Of a stretch of DNA of 64,000 nucleotides, positions 33,812 through 45,196 are shown one piece after another. Position numbers and translations under genes: made by a program. The first letter of the stretch is position 1. Each line of letters begins with the position of its first letter. The notes beneath the pieces are model-generated. The model was not told the origin of the DNA, made no database searches, and was given only the letters and a program-made list of their open reading frames with translations. Origin of the DNA: Lachnospiraceae bacterium (lineage in GTDB: Bacteria > Bacillota > Clostridia > Lachnospirales > Lachnospiraceae); NCBI GenBank assembly GCA_051877575.1, contig JBJEJA010000052.1, positions 7,061 through 71,060 of the forward strand, written 5' to 3'.

Positions 33812-34888
33812 CTAATTGCTCAGTAACATTTTCTCAAGCGCATCGTAGTCATAGGAGCGCTGCTGAAAGTCATTAAAGCCGCTGTCTTTTTTGGAGACGG
33901 GAGAAGCAGACTTCTGATAGGAAGCATCCATGGCTTCAATGTCTTTGAGGTTCTTAATATTGGCATCATGCCATTTGGTCAGGATGGCATTGGCATATTG
34001 AAAGCGGTTGTGATCCGTTGCAAGCACGGCGCGTTCGCAGGCTTTGAGTACAATTTCCGAAGAGAAACCGAACTGATAAAACCATTTTTTGATGTAAGCA
34101 ACCTCCGGTTCTGTGGGCTCGGAATTCTTGCCCAAAGCTCGCATGACGCTGTATACCTGTTTGTCGTATTTGGTAGTTCTCAGTTTGGCCTGACGGACTG
34201 TGGATATATGTGATTCTGCCCAATCAACCGCAACTTTTTCCATATAGGAGAATTGTTTTTTCCCTCTTCCGACACAATATTGAATAAGATAATCAATCAG
34301 ATCGGTGGAAAAACCTAAAGTATCATATATAAAAAGCAATGTTTCCAGATCGCTGCGGGAAAGCATTTTTCCCGTATACTGCTCAGCGATAAAGATAATC
34401 TGAGCGGTTTCGTTATTGCTCTGGAAAGCGGCAAGGTCATCCGCGGAAAATGTTGTTTTCGCGGGGACTGTACTTTTGGAACCGGCAGATTTGGATGTCT
34501 CCTTTGCCGTTTTGGAAGTATCTGCCGCAAGTTTGGGAGCCAGAGACACAATTTCAGCCTTGGGATTCAAGGACGGAAAGGGGAGCACATGAATTGCCTT
34601 CAGATTCTGCTCGCTGTCATAATCGAGAGAAAGCAGTTTTAACTTTTCCCAATAACGGAGTGCGCGCAGCACATCTTTTTCCGTATAGTTAAAACGATCT
34701 GCAATATCGGAAATGCCAAAAGGCAGATTTGCCCCGGTCATACGAATTAAATACAGATAGATTTTAATCTGGGCATCATTGGCGGATACCATATATTCAT
34801 CAATAAACTGATTGGAAATAATGGTAGCGTCCAATCCCTGCTCCTGGTAAATTGTTAAATGTGTCATCTCATCACCCGGTTTGTTCAT
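33812..34888 (-). CDS. dnaD: DnaD/DnaB_2 domain replication protein
   Basis: ISNQFIDEYM winged-helix N-terminus; two DnaB_2 repeats (YMEKVAVDW, YANAILTKW). Confidence 0.85.
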   Translation of the reverse strand: MNKPGDEMTHLTIYQEQGLDATIISNQFIDEYMVSANDAQIKIYLYLIRMTGANLPFGISDIADRFNYTEKDVLRALRYWEKLKLLSLDYDSEQNLKAIHVLPFPSLNPKAEIVSLAPKLAADTSKTAKETSKSAGSKSTVPAKTTFSADDLAAFQSNNETAQIIFIAEQYTGKMLSRSDLETLLFIYDTLGFSTDLIDYLIQYCVGRGKKQFSYMEKVAVDWAESHISTVRQAKLRTTKYDKQVYSVMRALGKNSEPTEPEVAYIKKWFYQFGFSSEIVLKACERAVLATDHNRFQYANAILTKWHDANIKNLKDIEAMDASYQKSASPVSKKDSGFNDFQQRSYDYDALEKMLLSN

Positions 34889-34990
34889 TCTTTAAAGCAA
34901 GTGAAAGTATAGCATAACCGAACGAAAAAAGAAATAGTAAATTTTTCGCAAACCCGCATAAAATCTGGATTTGGAGGGATTTGTTCAAAT

Positions 34991-35214
34991 TGTGGATAAT
35001 GTGGATATCAGGTACACATAATGTAAAAAAATTGTCGATGTCATAGAGTTATCGGGGGTTTGTCAATAAATAAAAAATAATTTATGTAAATCAAAATATC
35101 CACAACAAAAAGTGGGTAATTTCGCTTCTTTTGCTGTGGATATTGTGGATAATTATTTTTTTAGTAGATTTTCGCCGATATTTACAACGTCTCCCGCCCC
35201 CATAGTTATCAACA
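34991..35214. promoter_or_regulatory. DnaA-box cluster
   Basis: TGTGGATAA at 34991 and 35144 (perfect); TGTGGATAT at 35000 and 35135, ATATCCACA at 35096, TTATCAACA at 35206 (one mismatch each). Confidence 0.8.
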
Positions 35215-36529
35215 AGTCTCCGGGGGAATAATTTTTTTTCAAAAATTCTTCTATTTCTTTAAAAGAAGGGAAGTAGTCACAGGCAGTTCTCAGTTTTTGG
35301 ATTTCTTCCTGAAGCGTTTTGGAACTGATTCCCAAAGTATCCGTCTCTCTTGCAGCATAGATATCAGCCAGCACCACGTGATCCGCAGCGGAAAGCGCTT
35401 TGGCAAATTCGGGAAGAAAAGCCTTGGTCCTGGTGTAAGTATGGGGCTGAAAAACGCACCACAATTTCTGATGCGGATAGTGCTGTGCCGCAGACAGGGT
35501 AGAGGAAATCTCCGTAGGGTGGTGGGCATAATCGTCAATGACGGTTACGCCGTCGACGGTTCCCTTTAACTGAAAACGCCGTTCCGTGCCATGGAAGTTT
35601 TGCAGAGCCTTTTGTACGATGTCCGTTGGAATTCCCAGTACATCCGAAAGGGCAGCTGCGGCCATGGAATTGTATACATTGTGTTCTCCGGGAACTCCCA
35701 GAGTGATTTTTCGGCGTTCCCCGTTGTGACAAAGATAATAGGAAGGTCTTGCCAACTCGTCATAAACGATTTCTTCGGGATAATAATCACAGGAACTCTC
35801 ACTGCCATAAGTAATGACTCTGCAGTCAAGGCCGTTTGTGATTTCCGTAAGATCCGGAATGTTGCCGTTAATGATTAAAGTACCATCTTTTGGAAGCAAA
35901 GATGCAAATTTTTGGAAAGAATGACGGATGTCCTGAATATCTTTAAAAAAGTCCAAGTGATCTGCCTCGATATTCAGGATAAGGCTGATCTTAGGATAAA
36001 AGCTTAAAAAGCTGTTGGTGTACTCGCAGGCTTCGGTAACAAACAGGCCGGAACTGCCGACCCGGATATTGCCGTGAATGGACGGCAGGATGCCGCCGAT
36101 GGATAAAGTCGGATCTGCATCTGCTGCGAGAAGAATCTCACTGATCATGGAAGTTGTGGTGGTTTTACCATGGGTACCGCTGACAGCGATAGGCGTGTCA
36201 TAGTTGTGCATGATCTGCCCAAGCAGATCAGCCCTGGTCATGCAGGGAATGTTCTGCTCCTTTGCGGCACACAGCTCGGGATTATCAGTGTGGATTGCTG
36301 CGGTATAAACAACAACATGGATGTCCTTTGTGATGTTGCCGGCAGACTGGCCGTAGAAGACAGTTGCGCCTTTTTCTTCAAGATGGATTGTTAAAGGACT
36401 TTGCCTGGAGTCGGAACCGGAAACGGTAAATCCCCGATCCAGCAGCACTTCGGCCAGGCCGCTCATGCTGATGCCGCCGATGCCGATAAAATGGACATGA
36501 ATTGGTTGATTAAAATTAATATGATACAT
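35153..36529 (-). CDS. murC: UDP-N-acetylmuramate--L-alanine ligase
   Basis: GIGGISMSG, GTHGKTTT, DDYAHHPTE, FQPHTYTRT, MGAGD. Confidence 0.97.
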   Translation of the reverse strand: MYHINFNQPIHVHFIGIGGISMSGLAEVLLDRGFTVSGSDSRQSPLTIHLEEKGATVFYGQSAGNITKDIHVVVYTAAIHTDNPELCAAKEQNIPCMTRADLLGQIMHNYDTPIAVSGTHGKTTTTSMISEILLAADADPTLSIGGILPSIHGNIRVGSSGLFVTEACEYTNSFLSFYPKISLILNIEADHLDFFKDIQDIRHSFQKFASLLPKDGTLIINGNIPDLTEITNGLDCRVITYGSESSCDYYPEEIVYDELARPSYYLCHNGERRKITLGVPGEHNVYNSMAAAALSDVLGIPTDIVQKALQNFHGTERRFQLKGTVDGVTVIDDYAHHPTEISSTLSAAQHYPHQKLWCVFQPHTYTRTKAFLPEFAKALSAADHVVLADIYAARETDTLGISSKTLQEEIQKLRTACDYFPSFKEIEEFLKKNYSPGDLLITMGAGDVVNIGENLLKK

Positions 36530-36906
36530 GAATACACTTCCTATTCGTTATTCCTTTTTTTCATTCCTTTTTCATTATAACCACCTAAAGAGGAAAAACC
36601 AACTGTTATTTTTCAAGAAGCCAAAAATCGTGAAAGGAGGTCTTTTTTATACAATTTTAACAAAAAATGGTACTAATATACCAGAATATAAAATGGGTGA
36701 GTGTGCAAAATGACGGGAAATTATACAAAAGAAAGGTGGAATTTGTATATTTTTTACATAAACTTTGAAAAAAGGGAAGAATTTATTTGTAAAAAATATT
36801 CACTTTAAATGGATAGTATGCTATAATCAATTTGTTATTTATTAAAAACATTCTTTTCGTAATATTGGATGGTTGGATATTTGGAGAGATAGCAAGAGGT
36901 GAAGAC

Positions 36907-38181
36907 ATGATTAAGAAAGAAATGATTGCCATGCTGTTGGCCGGCGGACAAGGCAGCAGGCTTGGCGTATTGACAGCAAAGGTAGCAAAACCCGCTGTAT
37001 CCTTTGGCGGTAAATACCGCATCATTGATTTCCCGCTCAGTAACTGTATCAATTCAGGGGTTGACACGGTTGGTGTGCTGACGCAGTATCAGCCGCTCAG
37101 GCTGAATACACATATCGGTATCGGTATCCCGTGGGATCTGGACAGAAATATAGGTGGTGTTACAGTCCTTCCTCCCTATGAAAAAAGCTCAAATACCGAA
37201 TGGTATACGGGTACTGCCAACGCGATTTACCAGAATATCGATTATATGGACAGCTTTAATCCGGATTATGTGTTGATCTTGTCGGGAGATCATATTTATA
37301 AAATGGATTATGAGGTCATGTTGGACTATCATAAATCAAAAGGTGCAGAGGTTACGCTGGCGGCAATGCCGGTTCCGTTAGAAGAAGCAAAGCGGTTCGG
37401 TATTTTGATCACCGATGAGGATCGCAAGATAAACGAGTTTGAAGAAAAACCGGAAAATCCCAGAAGTAATCTTGCAAGTATGGGTATTTACATATTTAAT
37501 TGGAAGACACTGAAAGAGGCTTTGATTGCAAACGCACAACAGCCGTCGTTGGATTTCGGTAAGCATGTTATCCCGTATTGTCATGCAAAGGGAGCACCCT
37601 GTTATGCTTATGAGTACAACGGATACTGGAAAGATGTGGGAACCTTGAATTCCTACTGGGAAGCAAATATGGAATTGATCGATATCGTTCCGGAATTTAA
37701 TTTGTATGAAGAATACTGGAAGATCTATACCAAGTGTGATAAGCTTCCGCCACAGTATATATCGGCAAACAGTGAGGTCGAAAAATGTATCATCGGTGAA
37801 GGCGCACAGATTTACGGTAAGGTTTACAATTCCGTAATCGGTTGTGGTGTTACGATCGGCGAAGGTACGATAGTAAGGAATTCCATTATCATGAATGATG
37901 CGGAAGTCGGCTACGGCGGAAATGTCGAAAAGGCGATTATTGCAGAAAGTGCCAGCATCGGAGATCATGTGCAGATCGGTGTGGGAGAAGAAGCAGAAAA
38001 CGATACCGCGCCACATATTTATAATCATGGTTTGGTATGTATCGCAGAAAAATCCGTTGTTCCGAGCGGAGTTACCATAGGAAAGAATGTGGTTATTTCC
38101 GGCGCGACAAGTCTGGAAGACTATAAGGACATGCGTCTGGAAAGCGGTAAATCTTTGATTAAGGCAGGTGACGAAGTATGA
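36907..38181 (+). CDS. glgC: Glucose-1-phosphate adenylyltransferase
   Basis: LAGGQGSRL...[16 protein letters not shown]; start at MIKKEM. Confidence 0.97.
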   Translation: MIKKEMIAMLLAGGQGSRLGVLTAKVAKPAVSFGGKYRIIDFPLSNCINSGVDTVGVLTQYQPLRLNTHIGIGIPWDLDRNIGGVTVLPPYEKSSNTEWYTGTANAIYQNIDYMDSFNPDYVLILSGDHIYKMDYEVMLDYHKSKGAEVTLAAMPVPLEEAKRFGILITDEDRKINEFEEKPENPRSNLASMGIYIFNWKTLKEALIANAQQPSLDFGKHVIPYCHAKGAPCYAYEYNGYWKDVGTLNSYWEANMELIDIVPEFNLYEEYWKIYTKCDKLPPQYISANSEVEKCIIGEGAQIYGKVYNSVIGCGVTIGEGTIVRNSIIMNDAEVGYGGNVEKAIIAESASIGDHVQIGVGEEAENDTAPHIYNHGLVCIAEKSVVPSGVTIGKNVVISGATSLEDYKDMRLESGKSLIKAGDEV

Positions 38182-39296
38182 GAGCAATAGGAATTATTTT
38201 AGCCGGCGGCAATAATCATAGAATGGGAGAACTGTCCAAAAAAAGAGCAATTTCAGCTATGCCGATTGCAGGAAGCTATCGAAGCATCGATTTTGCATTA
38301 AGTAATATGACCAACTCCCGTATCCAGAAGGTTGGAGTGTTTACACAATATAATGCCAGAAGCCTGAATGAGCATCTGAGTTCCTCCAAATGGTGGGATT
38401 TCGGTAGAAAACAGGGCGGGTTATTTGTCTTTACACCGACGGTTACCAGTGATAATAATTCATGGTACCGCGGCACGGCAGATGCCATTTATCAAAATCT
38501 TTCGTTCCTGAAAGAGAGCCATGAGCCTTATGTTGTGATTGCCTCGGGTGATTGTGTATACAAAATGGACTACAACAAGGTGCTGGAATATCATATCGCG
38601 AAAAAAGCGGATATTACAGTTGTCTGCAAGGATATGGAAGCCGGAGAAAATGTAGACCGTTACGGAACAATCAAAATGAATGAGGATTGCCGTATCGAAG
38701 AATTTGAGGAGAAGCCTATTGTAGCAAAGTCCAATACGATTTCCTGCGGTATTTATGTGATCCGAAGAAGACAGCTGATTGAACTGATCGAGAAAAGTGC
38801 TGAAGAAAATCTGTATGATTTTGTTAAGGACATCCTGATCCGCTATAAGAGCCTCAAGAGGATTTATGGGTATAAGATGACAGATTATTGGAAAAACATT
38901 GCAACTGTTGAAGACTATTTCAACACAAATATGGATTTCCTGAAACCTGAGATCCGTAATTATTTCTTCAGGGAATATCCGGATGTATATTCCAAAGTTG
39001 ATGACCTGCCGCCTGCAAAGTATAATGTGGGAGCAAAATTAAGCAACTGCTTGATTTCCAGTGGAAGTATTATTAACGGAACCGTGGAAAATTCCGTTAT
39101 TTTCAAAAAGGTATTTGTGGGAAATAATTGCACCATTAAAAATTCCATAATCCTGAATGATGTTTACATCGGAGATAATACTTACATTGAGAATTGTATT
39201 GTGGAAAGTCATGATACCATTCGTGCCAATTCGTACTTAAAAGGGGAAGACGGCATTAAAGTAGTAGTAGAGCAAAATGACAGATTTGTAATCTGA
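38178..39296 (+). CDS. glgD: Glucose-1-phosphate adenylyltransferase subunit GlgD
   Basis: GlgC paralog overlapping the glgC stop codon. Confidence 0.93.
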   Translation: MRAIGIILAGGNNHRMGELSKKRAISAMPIAGSYRSIDFALSNMTNSRIQKVGVFTQYNARSLNEHLSSSKWWDFGRKQGGLFVFTPTVTSDNNSWYRGTADAIYQNLSFLKESHEPYVVIASGDCVYKMDYNKVLEYHIAKKADITVVCKDMEAGENVDRYGTIKMNEDCRIEEFEEKPIVAKSNTISCGIYVIRRRQLIELIEKSAEENLYDFVKDILIRYKSLKRIYGYKMTDYWKNIATVEDYFNTNMDFLKPEIRNYFFREYPDVYSKVDDLPPAKYNVGAKLSNCLISSGSIINGTVENSVIFKKVFVGNNCTIKNSIILNDVYIGDNTYIENCIVESHDTIRANSYLKGEDGIKVVVEQNDRFVI

Positions 39297-39325
39297 TCTG
39301 TAGAAAGAACTAAGGGGGATACCAA

Positions 39326-39601
39326 ATGAATATTACTGACGTACATGTACGAAAAATCAGCCATGAAGGTAAAATGAAAGCAGTTGTATCCATTACTTTG
39401 GACGATGTATTTGTAGTACATGATATCAAGGTAATTGACGGTGAAAAAGGTTTATTCATTGCAATGCCTAGTAAAAAGACTGCTGACGGAGAATATCGGG
39501 ATATCGCACATCCGATCAATTCGGCAACAAGAGAGATGATTCAGACTACGATTTTGAAGGCCTATGAGGACGCATTGTCGGCTGAGGATTTAGAAGCGTA
39601 A
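39326..39601 (+). CDS. spoVG: Septation regulator SpoVG
   Basis: MNITDV...[20 protein letters not shown]...YRDIAHPI. Confidence 0.97.
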   Translation: MNITDVHVRKISHEGKMKAVVSITLDDVFVVHDIKVIDGEKGLFIAMPSKKTADGEYRDIAHPINSATREMIQTTILKAYEDALSAEDLEA

Positions 39602-39642
39602 AAGTCTGTTTTTTCGAGAGGGTTAAATTAAGAAGAGGGTAG

Positions 39643-39677
39643 AAAGAGGCTGATGTCGGGGGGCGTCGGCTTCTTTT
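39643..39677 (+). terminator. Terminator after spoVG
   Basis: aaagaggctgatg...cgtcggcttctttt (G-U-rich stem). Confidence 0.6.
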
Positions 39678-39697
39678 GCGGAAAGGAAGGAAAAGAA

Positions 39698-40678
39698 ATG
39701 AAAATAGGAATTATCGGCTATGGAAATTTAGGAAGAGGAATTGAATGCGCCATCAAACAAAATGAGGATATGGAACTGGCCGCAGTATTCACCAGAAGGA
39801 ATCCGGCGGATGTCAGGATACTGACAGAAGGTGTCCCGGTATACTCTGTAGATGAGATCGAAAAAATGCAGGGTAAACTGGATGTGGTTGTCCTTTGCGG
39901 CGGAAGTGCAACGGATCTGCCGAAGCAGACGCCGGTATATGCAAAATATTTTAATGTCATTGACAGTTTTGATACCCATGCGCGAATTCCGGAGCATTTT
40001 GAAAATGTAGATGCTGCGGCAAAAGAAGGAGGACATGTGGCGTTGATTTCCTGCGGTTGGGATCCCGGAATGTTTTCGCTGAATCGATTATATGCCAATG
40101 CAATTCTGCCGGAAGGAAATGATTACACTTTCTGGGGAAAAGGAGTCAGTCAGGGACATTCCGATGCAATCCGTCGTGTGGAAGGCGTAAAGGATGGAAA
40201 GCAGTATACCATTCCGGTAGAGGAGGCATTGAGGGAAGTCAGAAGCGGCAGTAATCCGGAGCTGACTACCAGACAAAAACATATCAGAGAGTGTTTTGTC
40301 GTAGCGGAGGATGGTGCGGACAAAGCTAAAATAGAAGAAACAATCAAGAATATGCCAAACTATTTTGCGGATTATGACACAACAGTTCATTTCATCAGTG
40401 AGGAAGAACTGAAGAGAGATCACAGCGGAATCCCTCACGGCGGATTTGTGTTCAGAACAGGTGCAACCGGTTGGAATAAAGAGCATAAGCATGTGATCGA
40501 ATATAGTCTAAAGCTGGACTCCAATCCGGAATTTACGGCATCCGTATTACTTGCTTTTGCAAGGGCGGTCAACAGACTCAGTAAAGAAGGCCAGTCGGGC
40601 TGCAAGACGGTATTCGATATTGCACCGGCTTATCTGAGCCCGAAATCAGGAGAGGAATTAAGAAAACATTTACTATAA
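39698..40678 (+). CDS. ddh: meso-Diaminopimelate dehydrogenase
   Basis: GYGNLG, DSFDTH, GWDPG, FWGKGVSQGHSDA, HGG, SNPEFT. Confidence 0.95.
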   Translation: MKIGIIGYGNLGRGIECAIKQNEDMELAAVFTRRNPADVRILTEGVPVYSVDEIEKMQGKLDVVVLCGGSATDLPKQTPVYAKYFNVIDSFDTHARIPEHFENVDAAAKEGGHVALISCGWDPGMFSLNRLYANAILPEGNDYTFWGKGVSQGHSDAIRRVEGVKDGKQYTIPVEEALREVRSGSNPELTTRQKHIRECFVVAEDGADKAKIEETIKNMPNYFADYDTTVHFISEEELKRDHSGIPHGGFVFRTGATGWNKEHKHVIEYSLKLDSNPEFTASVLLAFARAVNRLSKEGQSGCKTVFDIAPAYLSPKSGEELRKHLL

Positions 40679-40704
40679 TATCAAATAAAACGGAGGGGAT
40701 AATA

Positions 40705-41022
40705 ATGAAAGCGGCTGTAAAAGATGGCGTATTAAGTTATAAAAAGATGTTGAAAAACTGCGAAGTACCAGTCAGCGATCTGGTATGGGCATATTTGCAG
40801 CAGGAAGATGTGGGAGCGGTATTTTGCTGCGGGCGGATGAATATGCCCATCGGCAGATTAATTGCATTGGACAAAGATGGTAATAAGCATGTGTTCCAAT
40901 ATGAAGGTCTGGAGGAACCCAAAGAGCTGTTGAGCTGCTTACAGGAGGCCAATCCACAGATCTGTATAGGATATACGGAAGAAAACCGCAAAAAATTTGA
41001 GACTGATCAGAAGGATATATGA
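40705..41022 (+). CDS. Hypothetical protein
   Basis: GGAGG RBS; fills the gap in a co-directional gene run. Confidence 0.75.
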   Translation: MKAAVKDGVLSYKKMLKNCEVPVSDLVWAYLQQEDVGAVFCCGRMNMPIGRLIALDKDGNKHVFQYEGLEEPKELLSCLQEANPQICIGYTEENRKKFETDQKDI

Positions 41023-41046
41023 GCAAAAGGAAAGAAAGGCAGCAAA

Positions 41047-41616
41047 ATGTTTATCATTGCAGGACTTGGAAACCCATCGAAAGAATATGATAAAACGAGA
41101 CATAATGTAGGCTTTGATACTGTCGACTATCTGGCAAAGAAACATGGGATTACCATAGGAGAAAAGAAGCATAAGGCACTGACGGGTAAGGGTGTGATTG
41201 CCGGCGAAAAGGTTCTGTTGTTAAAGCCACAGACCTATATGAACCTAAGCGGGGAAAGTATCCGTGCCGCCTTGGATTATTATAAAGCGGATGAGACGGC
41301 GGAACTGATTGTGATCTATGATGATATCTCTCTGCCGCCGGGACAGCTTCGCATCCGGAAAAAAGGCAGCGCCGGAGGACATAACGGTATCAAAAATATT
41401 ATTGCTCATCTGGGGCATGATAACTTTATGCGGATTAAAGTAGGCGTCGGAGAGAAACCTGCAGGATATGATCTGGCGGACTATGTGCTCGGACATTTTT
41501 CGCAGGATGAGCGCAAGGTCATGGAGGCAGCCTTTGAGGAGGCCTCGGAAGCTGTGGAGGTAATGATCGCGGAAGGACCGGATGCCGCCATGAACTTATT
41601 TAATAAAAAGAAGTAG
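41047..41616 (+). CDS. pth: Peptidyl-tRNA hydrolase
   Basis: GLGNP...TRHNVGF, KPQTYMNLSG, GGHNG. Confidence 0.98.
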   Translation: MFIIAGLGNPSKEYDKTRHNVGFDTVDYLAKKHGITIGEKKHKALTGKGVIAGEKVLLLKPQTYMNLSGESIRAALDYYKADETAELIVIYDDISLPPGQLRIRKKGSAGGHNGIKNIIAHLGHDNFMRIKVGVGEKPAGYDLADYVLGHFSQDERKVMEAAFEEASEAVEVMIAEGPDAAMNLFNKKK

Positions 41617-41638
41617 AATGATGTGAGAGGAATAGAAA

Positions 41639-44600
41639 GTGAAAGTATTGAGGGAATGTCTGAGAGGACTTTCGGATTTTGATGAAATGCAGAAAAATAT
41701 ACAAAACGGAAAAAGCGTTGCAGTTTCCGGCTGCGTGGATTCCCAAAAGGTCCATATGATGTGGGGGCTTTCCGAAGACTTCCCTTATCGGGTGGTAGCA
41801 ACTTATTCCGATAAACGGGCGAGAGAACTGTACGATGATTTTTCTTTCTATACAAAGGATGTATTATATTTTCCGGCCAAGGATTTTATTTTTTTTCAGG
41901 CGGACATTCACAGCAATAAAGTAACCAGAGAAAGAATTGCTGTGTACCGCCGGATTTTGGAGGCGGAACCGACTACAATCATCACTACTTTTGATGCTTT
42001 TATGGCACCCTGTATGCCTTTGGACGTGATGGAAAACAATGTGATCGCATTGGACGAGGGTAGCGTTGTGGATGAAAAAGCCCTGGCAGTCAAGCTTTCC
42101 CGCATGGGCTATGAAAGGGTACCACAGGTGGAAGCGAGCGGGCAGTTTTCTATCCGGGGCGGGATTGTCGATGTCTTTGATCTGACTGAGGAAAACCCTT
42201 ACCGCATCGAGCTCTGGGGAGATGAAGTGGATTCCATACGAAGCTTTGATGTTTTAAGCCAGCGTTCCATCGAGACGCTTCCCGCCGTGACCATTTATCC
42301 GGCAACCGAATTGCTGCTGACGGCAAAACAGAAGGAAAGCGGCCTTGCAAGGATTAAAAAAGAGGCCGAACAGGTTGAAAAAAAATTTCGGGATGCCCAT
42401 GAGCCGGAATTGGCGGCAAGGGTCAGGAACCAGATGGAAACCTTGCGGGAGCAGTTGGAAGAGTTTGGGGTTCTGGCTAATTTGGACAGTTATATTCACT
42501 ATTTTTGTGAGGAAACCGCTTTGTTTCCGCAGCTTTTGTCCGGAGAGGAGACCATCTTTTTTATTGATGAGCCACTGAGGGTAGCGGAGCATACGGATGC
42601 CATTGAACTGGAATTTAGGGAAAGTATGAAAAACCGTTTGGAGAAGGGGTATGCGCTTCCGGGGCAGACGGAAATCCTTTATCCGGCAAAAGAAGTGATG
42701 GCGAAACTGCAAAGCGGATATTTTGTATGCATCTCCACTTTGGACGGGCGGACTCCGGGCATTGAGATCGACAAAAAGTATTATATCACAGCAAAAAGCA
42801 TCCAGTCTTTTCATAATAGTTTTGAGGAACTTTGCAAGGAATTAAGGAGATACAAAAAGAACGGATATCGCGTCCTGCTGGTAACGCCGTCCCGTACAAG
42901 AGCCAAGAGATTGTCGGAAGAACTGCGTGATATGGAACTTTCCTGTTTTTACAGTGAAGATATGGAAGAAGTCCCCGAAGCGGGACAGATTATGTCCGTA
43001 TACGGACAGATCCTTAAGGGATTTGAATATCCCCATCTGAAATTTGCGATTATCGCGGAAAGCGACATATTCAGTGCGAAAACGGTAAAGAAAAAGAAGA
43101 AAAAACGCTATGAAGGCCAGAAGATCAATGATTTCACGGATCTGAAGGTCGGAGACTATGTGGTGCATGAAAGCCATGGTCTGGGCATTTATCAGGGAAT
43201 AGAAAAAGTAGAAGTAGATCATGTGGTCAAAGATTATATGAAGATTGCTTATCGGGACGGAGGCATCCTTTATGTACGCGCCACGGGCTTTGATGTTATT
43301 CAGAAATATGCGGCTGCAGATGCCAAGAAACCGAAATTAAATAAACTGGGTACCCAGGAATGGGAAAAGACAAAAACAAAAGTAAAAAGTGCGGTTTCCG
43401 AAGTGGCCAAGGAACTGGTGGAACTTTATGCGGTCCGTGCCAATAAGGAAGGTTATGCTTACGGGGAAGATACGGTATGGCAGAAAGAATTTGAAGAGCT
43501 GTTTCCCTATGAGGAGACGGAGGATCAGCTGGCTGCCATAGAAGCGACCAAAAAGGATATGGAAAGTACCAGGATCATGGACCGCCTGATCTGCGGCGAC
43601 GTAGGGTTTGGCAAGACAGAGATTGCCATCCGCGCAGCGTTTAAGGCAGTGCAGGAAGGCAAACAGGTGGTATATCTGGTGCCGACTACGATTCTGGCAA
43701 AGCAGCATTATGATACTTTCAAGCAGAGGATGAAGGATTATCCGGTCACCATAGAAATGCTGTCCCGTTTCCGTACGACAGCGGAACAGAAGCATACCAT
43801 AGAAGAACTGAAAAAAGGCATGGTGGACATTGTCATCGGAACCCACAGAGTGCTTTCTAAAGACGTTGCATTTAAGGATCTGGGATTATTGATCATTGAT
43901 GAAGAGCAACGGTTTGGGGTATCCCACAAAGAAAAGATCAAGCAGTTGAAAAATAATGTGGATGTGCTGACGCTGACGGCGACACCGATACCGAGGACAC
44001 TTCATATGAGTCTTGTGGGGATCCGGGATATGAGCGTTTTGGAAGAGGCACCGGGCGACCGGATGCCCATTCAGACCTATGTCATGGAGTATAATGAAGA
44101 AATGGTCAGGGAAGCCATAAACAGAGAGCTTGCAAGAAACGGCCAAGTATATTATGTTTATAACAGGGTGGATTCCATCGGAGAGATCACAGCTTCCGTA
44201 CAGGCGTTGGTTCCGGATGCGGTGGTGGCTTATGCACACGGACAGATGAAGGAATCGGAACTGGAAAAAATATTATATGAATTTATCAACGGAGAAATTG
44301 ATGTACTGGTAGCGACTACCATTATTGAAACAGGTATAGATATTCCCAATGTCAATACGATGATCATCCACGATTCGGACAGCATGGGGCTGGCTCAGCT
44401 CTACCAGCTCAGAGGAAGGGTCGGCAGGAGCAACCGTAATGCTTATGCATTCCTGATGTATCGCAGGAACAAGGTACTCAAAGAGGTGGCAGAGAAACGT
44501 CTGGAGGCTATCAAAGAATTTACGGATCTGGGCAGCGGTTTTAAAATTGCCATGAAAGATTTGGAAATCAGAGGCGCCGGCAATCTGTTGGGAAAAATGC

Positions 44601-45166
44601 AGCACGGACATATGGAGGCGGTAGGATATGACCTTTACTGCAAAATGCTAAATGAAGCCGTTAAGCATCTGAAGGGAATTGACATGAAAGAAGATTTCCA
44701 GACGACCATCGATCTGGATATCAACGCTTTCATTCCTGCGGAATATATCTTGAATGAGTTTCAAAAACTGGATATTTATAAGCGGATTGCAGCCATTGAA
44801 AATGAGGAAGAATGTGATGATATGAGGACAGAATTGTTGGATCGTTTCGGTACACTTCCCGCGTCGGTGGAAAACCTGCTGCAGATATCCCTGATCCGTG
44901 CAAGGGCACACAGAATGTATGTGGAAGAGATCAAGGGAAAGAAAGACGGTATTACCGTTATCATGAATGTCAGGGCGGATATTAAGGCAGAAAATATTCC
45001 GCTTGTCATAGAAGAGATGGAGGGAAAACTGAAATTTACCTTAAAGAATATTCCCACATTTTCTTATAAACTATATCCTACGGGCTTTGATAAAAAAGAT
45101 GAAGAGATACTGCTGGAGACGACGGCAAAAATTATCGCCTGTATGGAAAAATATCTGGCAATCTGA
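41639..45166 (+). CDS. mfd: Transcription-repair coupling factor
   Basis: CarD/RID domain, GDVGFGKTE, DEEQRFG, QLRGRVGRS, TRG motif. Confidence 0.98.
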   Translation: MKVLRECLRGLSDFDEMQKNIQNGKSVAVSGCVDSQKVHMMWGLSEDFPYRVVATYSDKRARELYDDFSFYTKDVLYFPAKDFIFFQADIHSNKVTRERIAVYRRILEAEPTTIITTFDAFMAPCMPLDVMENNVIALDEGSVVDEKALAVKLSRMGYERVPQVEASGQFSIRGGIVDVFDLTEENPYRIELWGDEVDSIRSFDVLSQRSIETLPAVTIYPATELLLTAKQKESGLARIKKEAEQVEKKFRDAHEPELAARVRNQMETLREQLEEFGVLANLDSYIHYFCEETALFPQLLSGEETIFFIDEPLRVAEHTDAIELEFRESMKNRLEKGYALPGQTEILYPAKEVMAKLQSGYFVCISTLDGRTPGIEIDKKYYITAKSIQSFHNSFEELCKELRRYKKNGYRVLLVTPSRTRAKRLSEELRDMELSCFYSEDMEEVPEAGQIMSVYGQILKGFEYPHLKFAIIAESDIFSAKTVKKKKKKRYEGQKINDFTDLKVGDYVVHESHGLGIYQGIEKVEVDHVVKDYMKIAYRDGGILYVRATGFDVIQKYAAADAKKPKLNKLGTQEWEKTKTKVKSAVSEVAKELVELYAVRANKEGYAYGEDTVWQKEFEELFPYEETEDQLAAIEATKKDMESTRIMDRLICGDVGFGKTEIAIRAAFKAVQEGKQVVYLVPTTILAKQHYDTFKQRMKDYPVTIEMLSRFRTTAEQKHTIEELKKGMVDIVIGTHRVLSKDVAFKDLGLLIIDEEQRFGVSHKEKIKQLKNNVDVLTLTATPIPRTLHMSLVGIRDMSVLEEAPGDRMPIQTYVMEYNEEMVREAINRELARNGQVYYVYNRVDSIGEITASVQALVPDAVVAYAHGQMKESELEKILYEFINGEIDVLVATTIIETGIDIPNVNTMIIHDSDSMGLAQLYQLRGRVGRSNRNAYAFLMYRRNKVLKEVAEKRLEAIKEFTDLGSGFKIAMKDLEIRGAGNLLGKMQHGHMEAVGYDLYCKMLNEAVKHLKGIDMKEDFQTTIDLDINAFIPAEYILNEFQKLDIYKRIAAIENEEECDDMRTELLDRFGTLPASVENLLQISLIRARAHRMYVEEIKGKKDGITVIMNVRADIKAENIPLVIEEMEGKLKFTLKNIPTFSYKLYPTGFDKKDEEILLETTAKIIACMEKYLAI

Positions 45167-45196
45167 TGAATATTACAAAAGGGAGCGATGTGAAAA

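Noticed and set aside
34890-35230. Chromosomal oriC
   Set aside because: No dnaA, dnaN or rpmH is nearby, and most genes stay on the + strand on both sides. Retained only as a DnaA-box cluster.
39602-39697. Lysine riboswitch upstream of ddh
   Set aside because: The gap is under 100 nt, too short for the aptamer, and is mostly occupied by the spoVG terminator.
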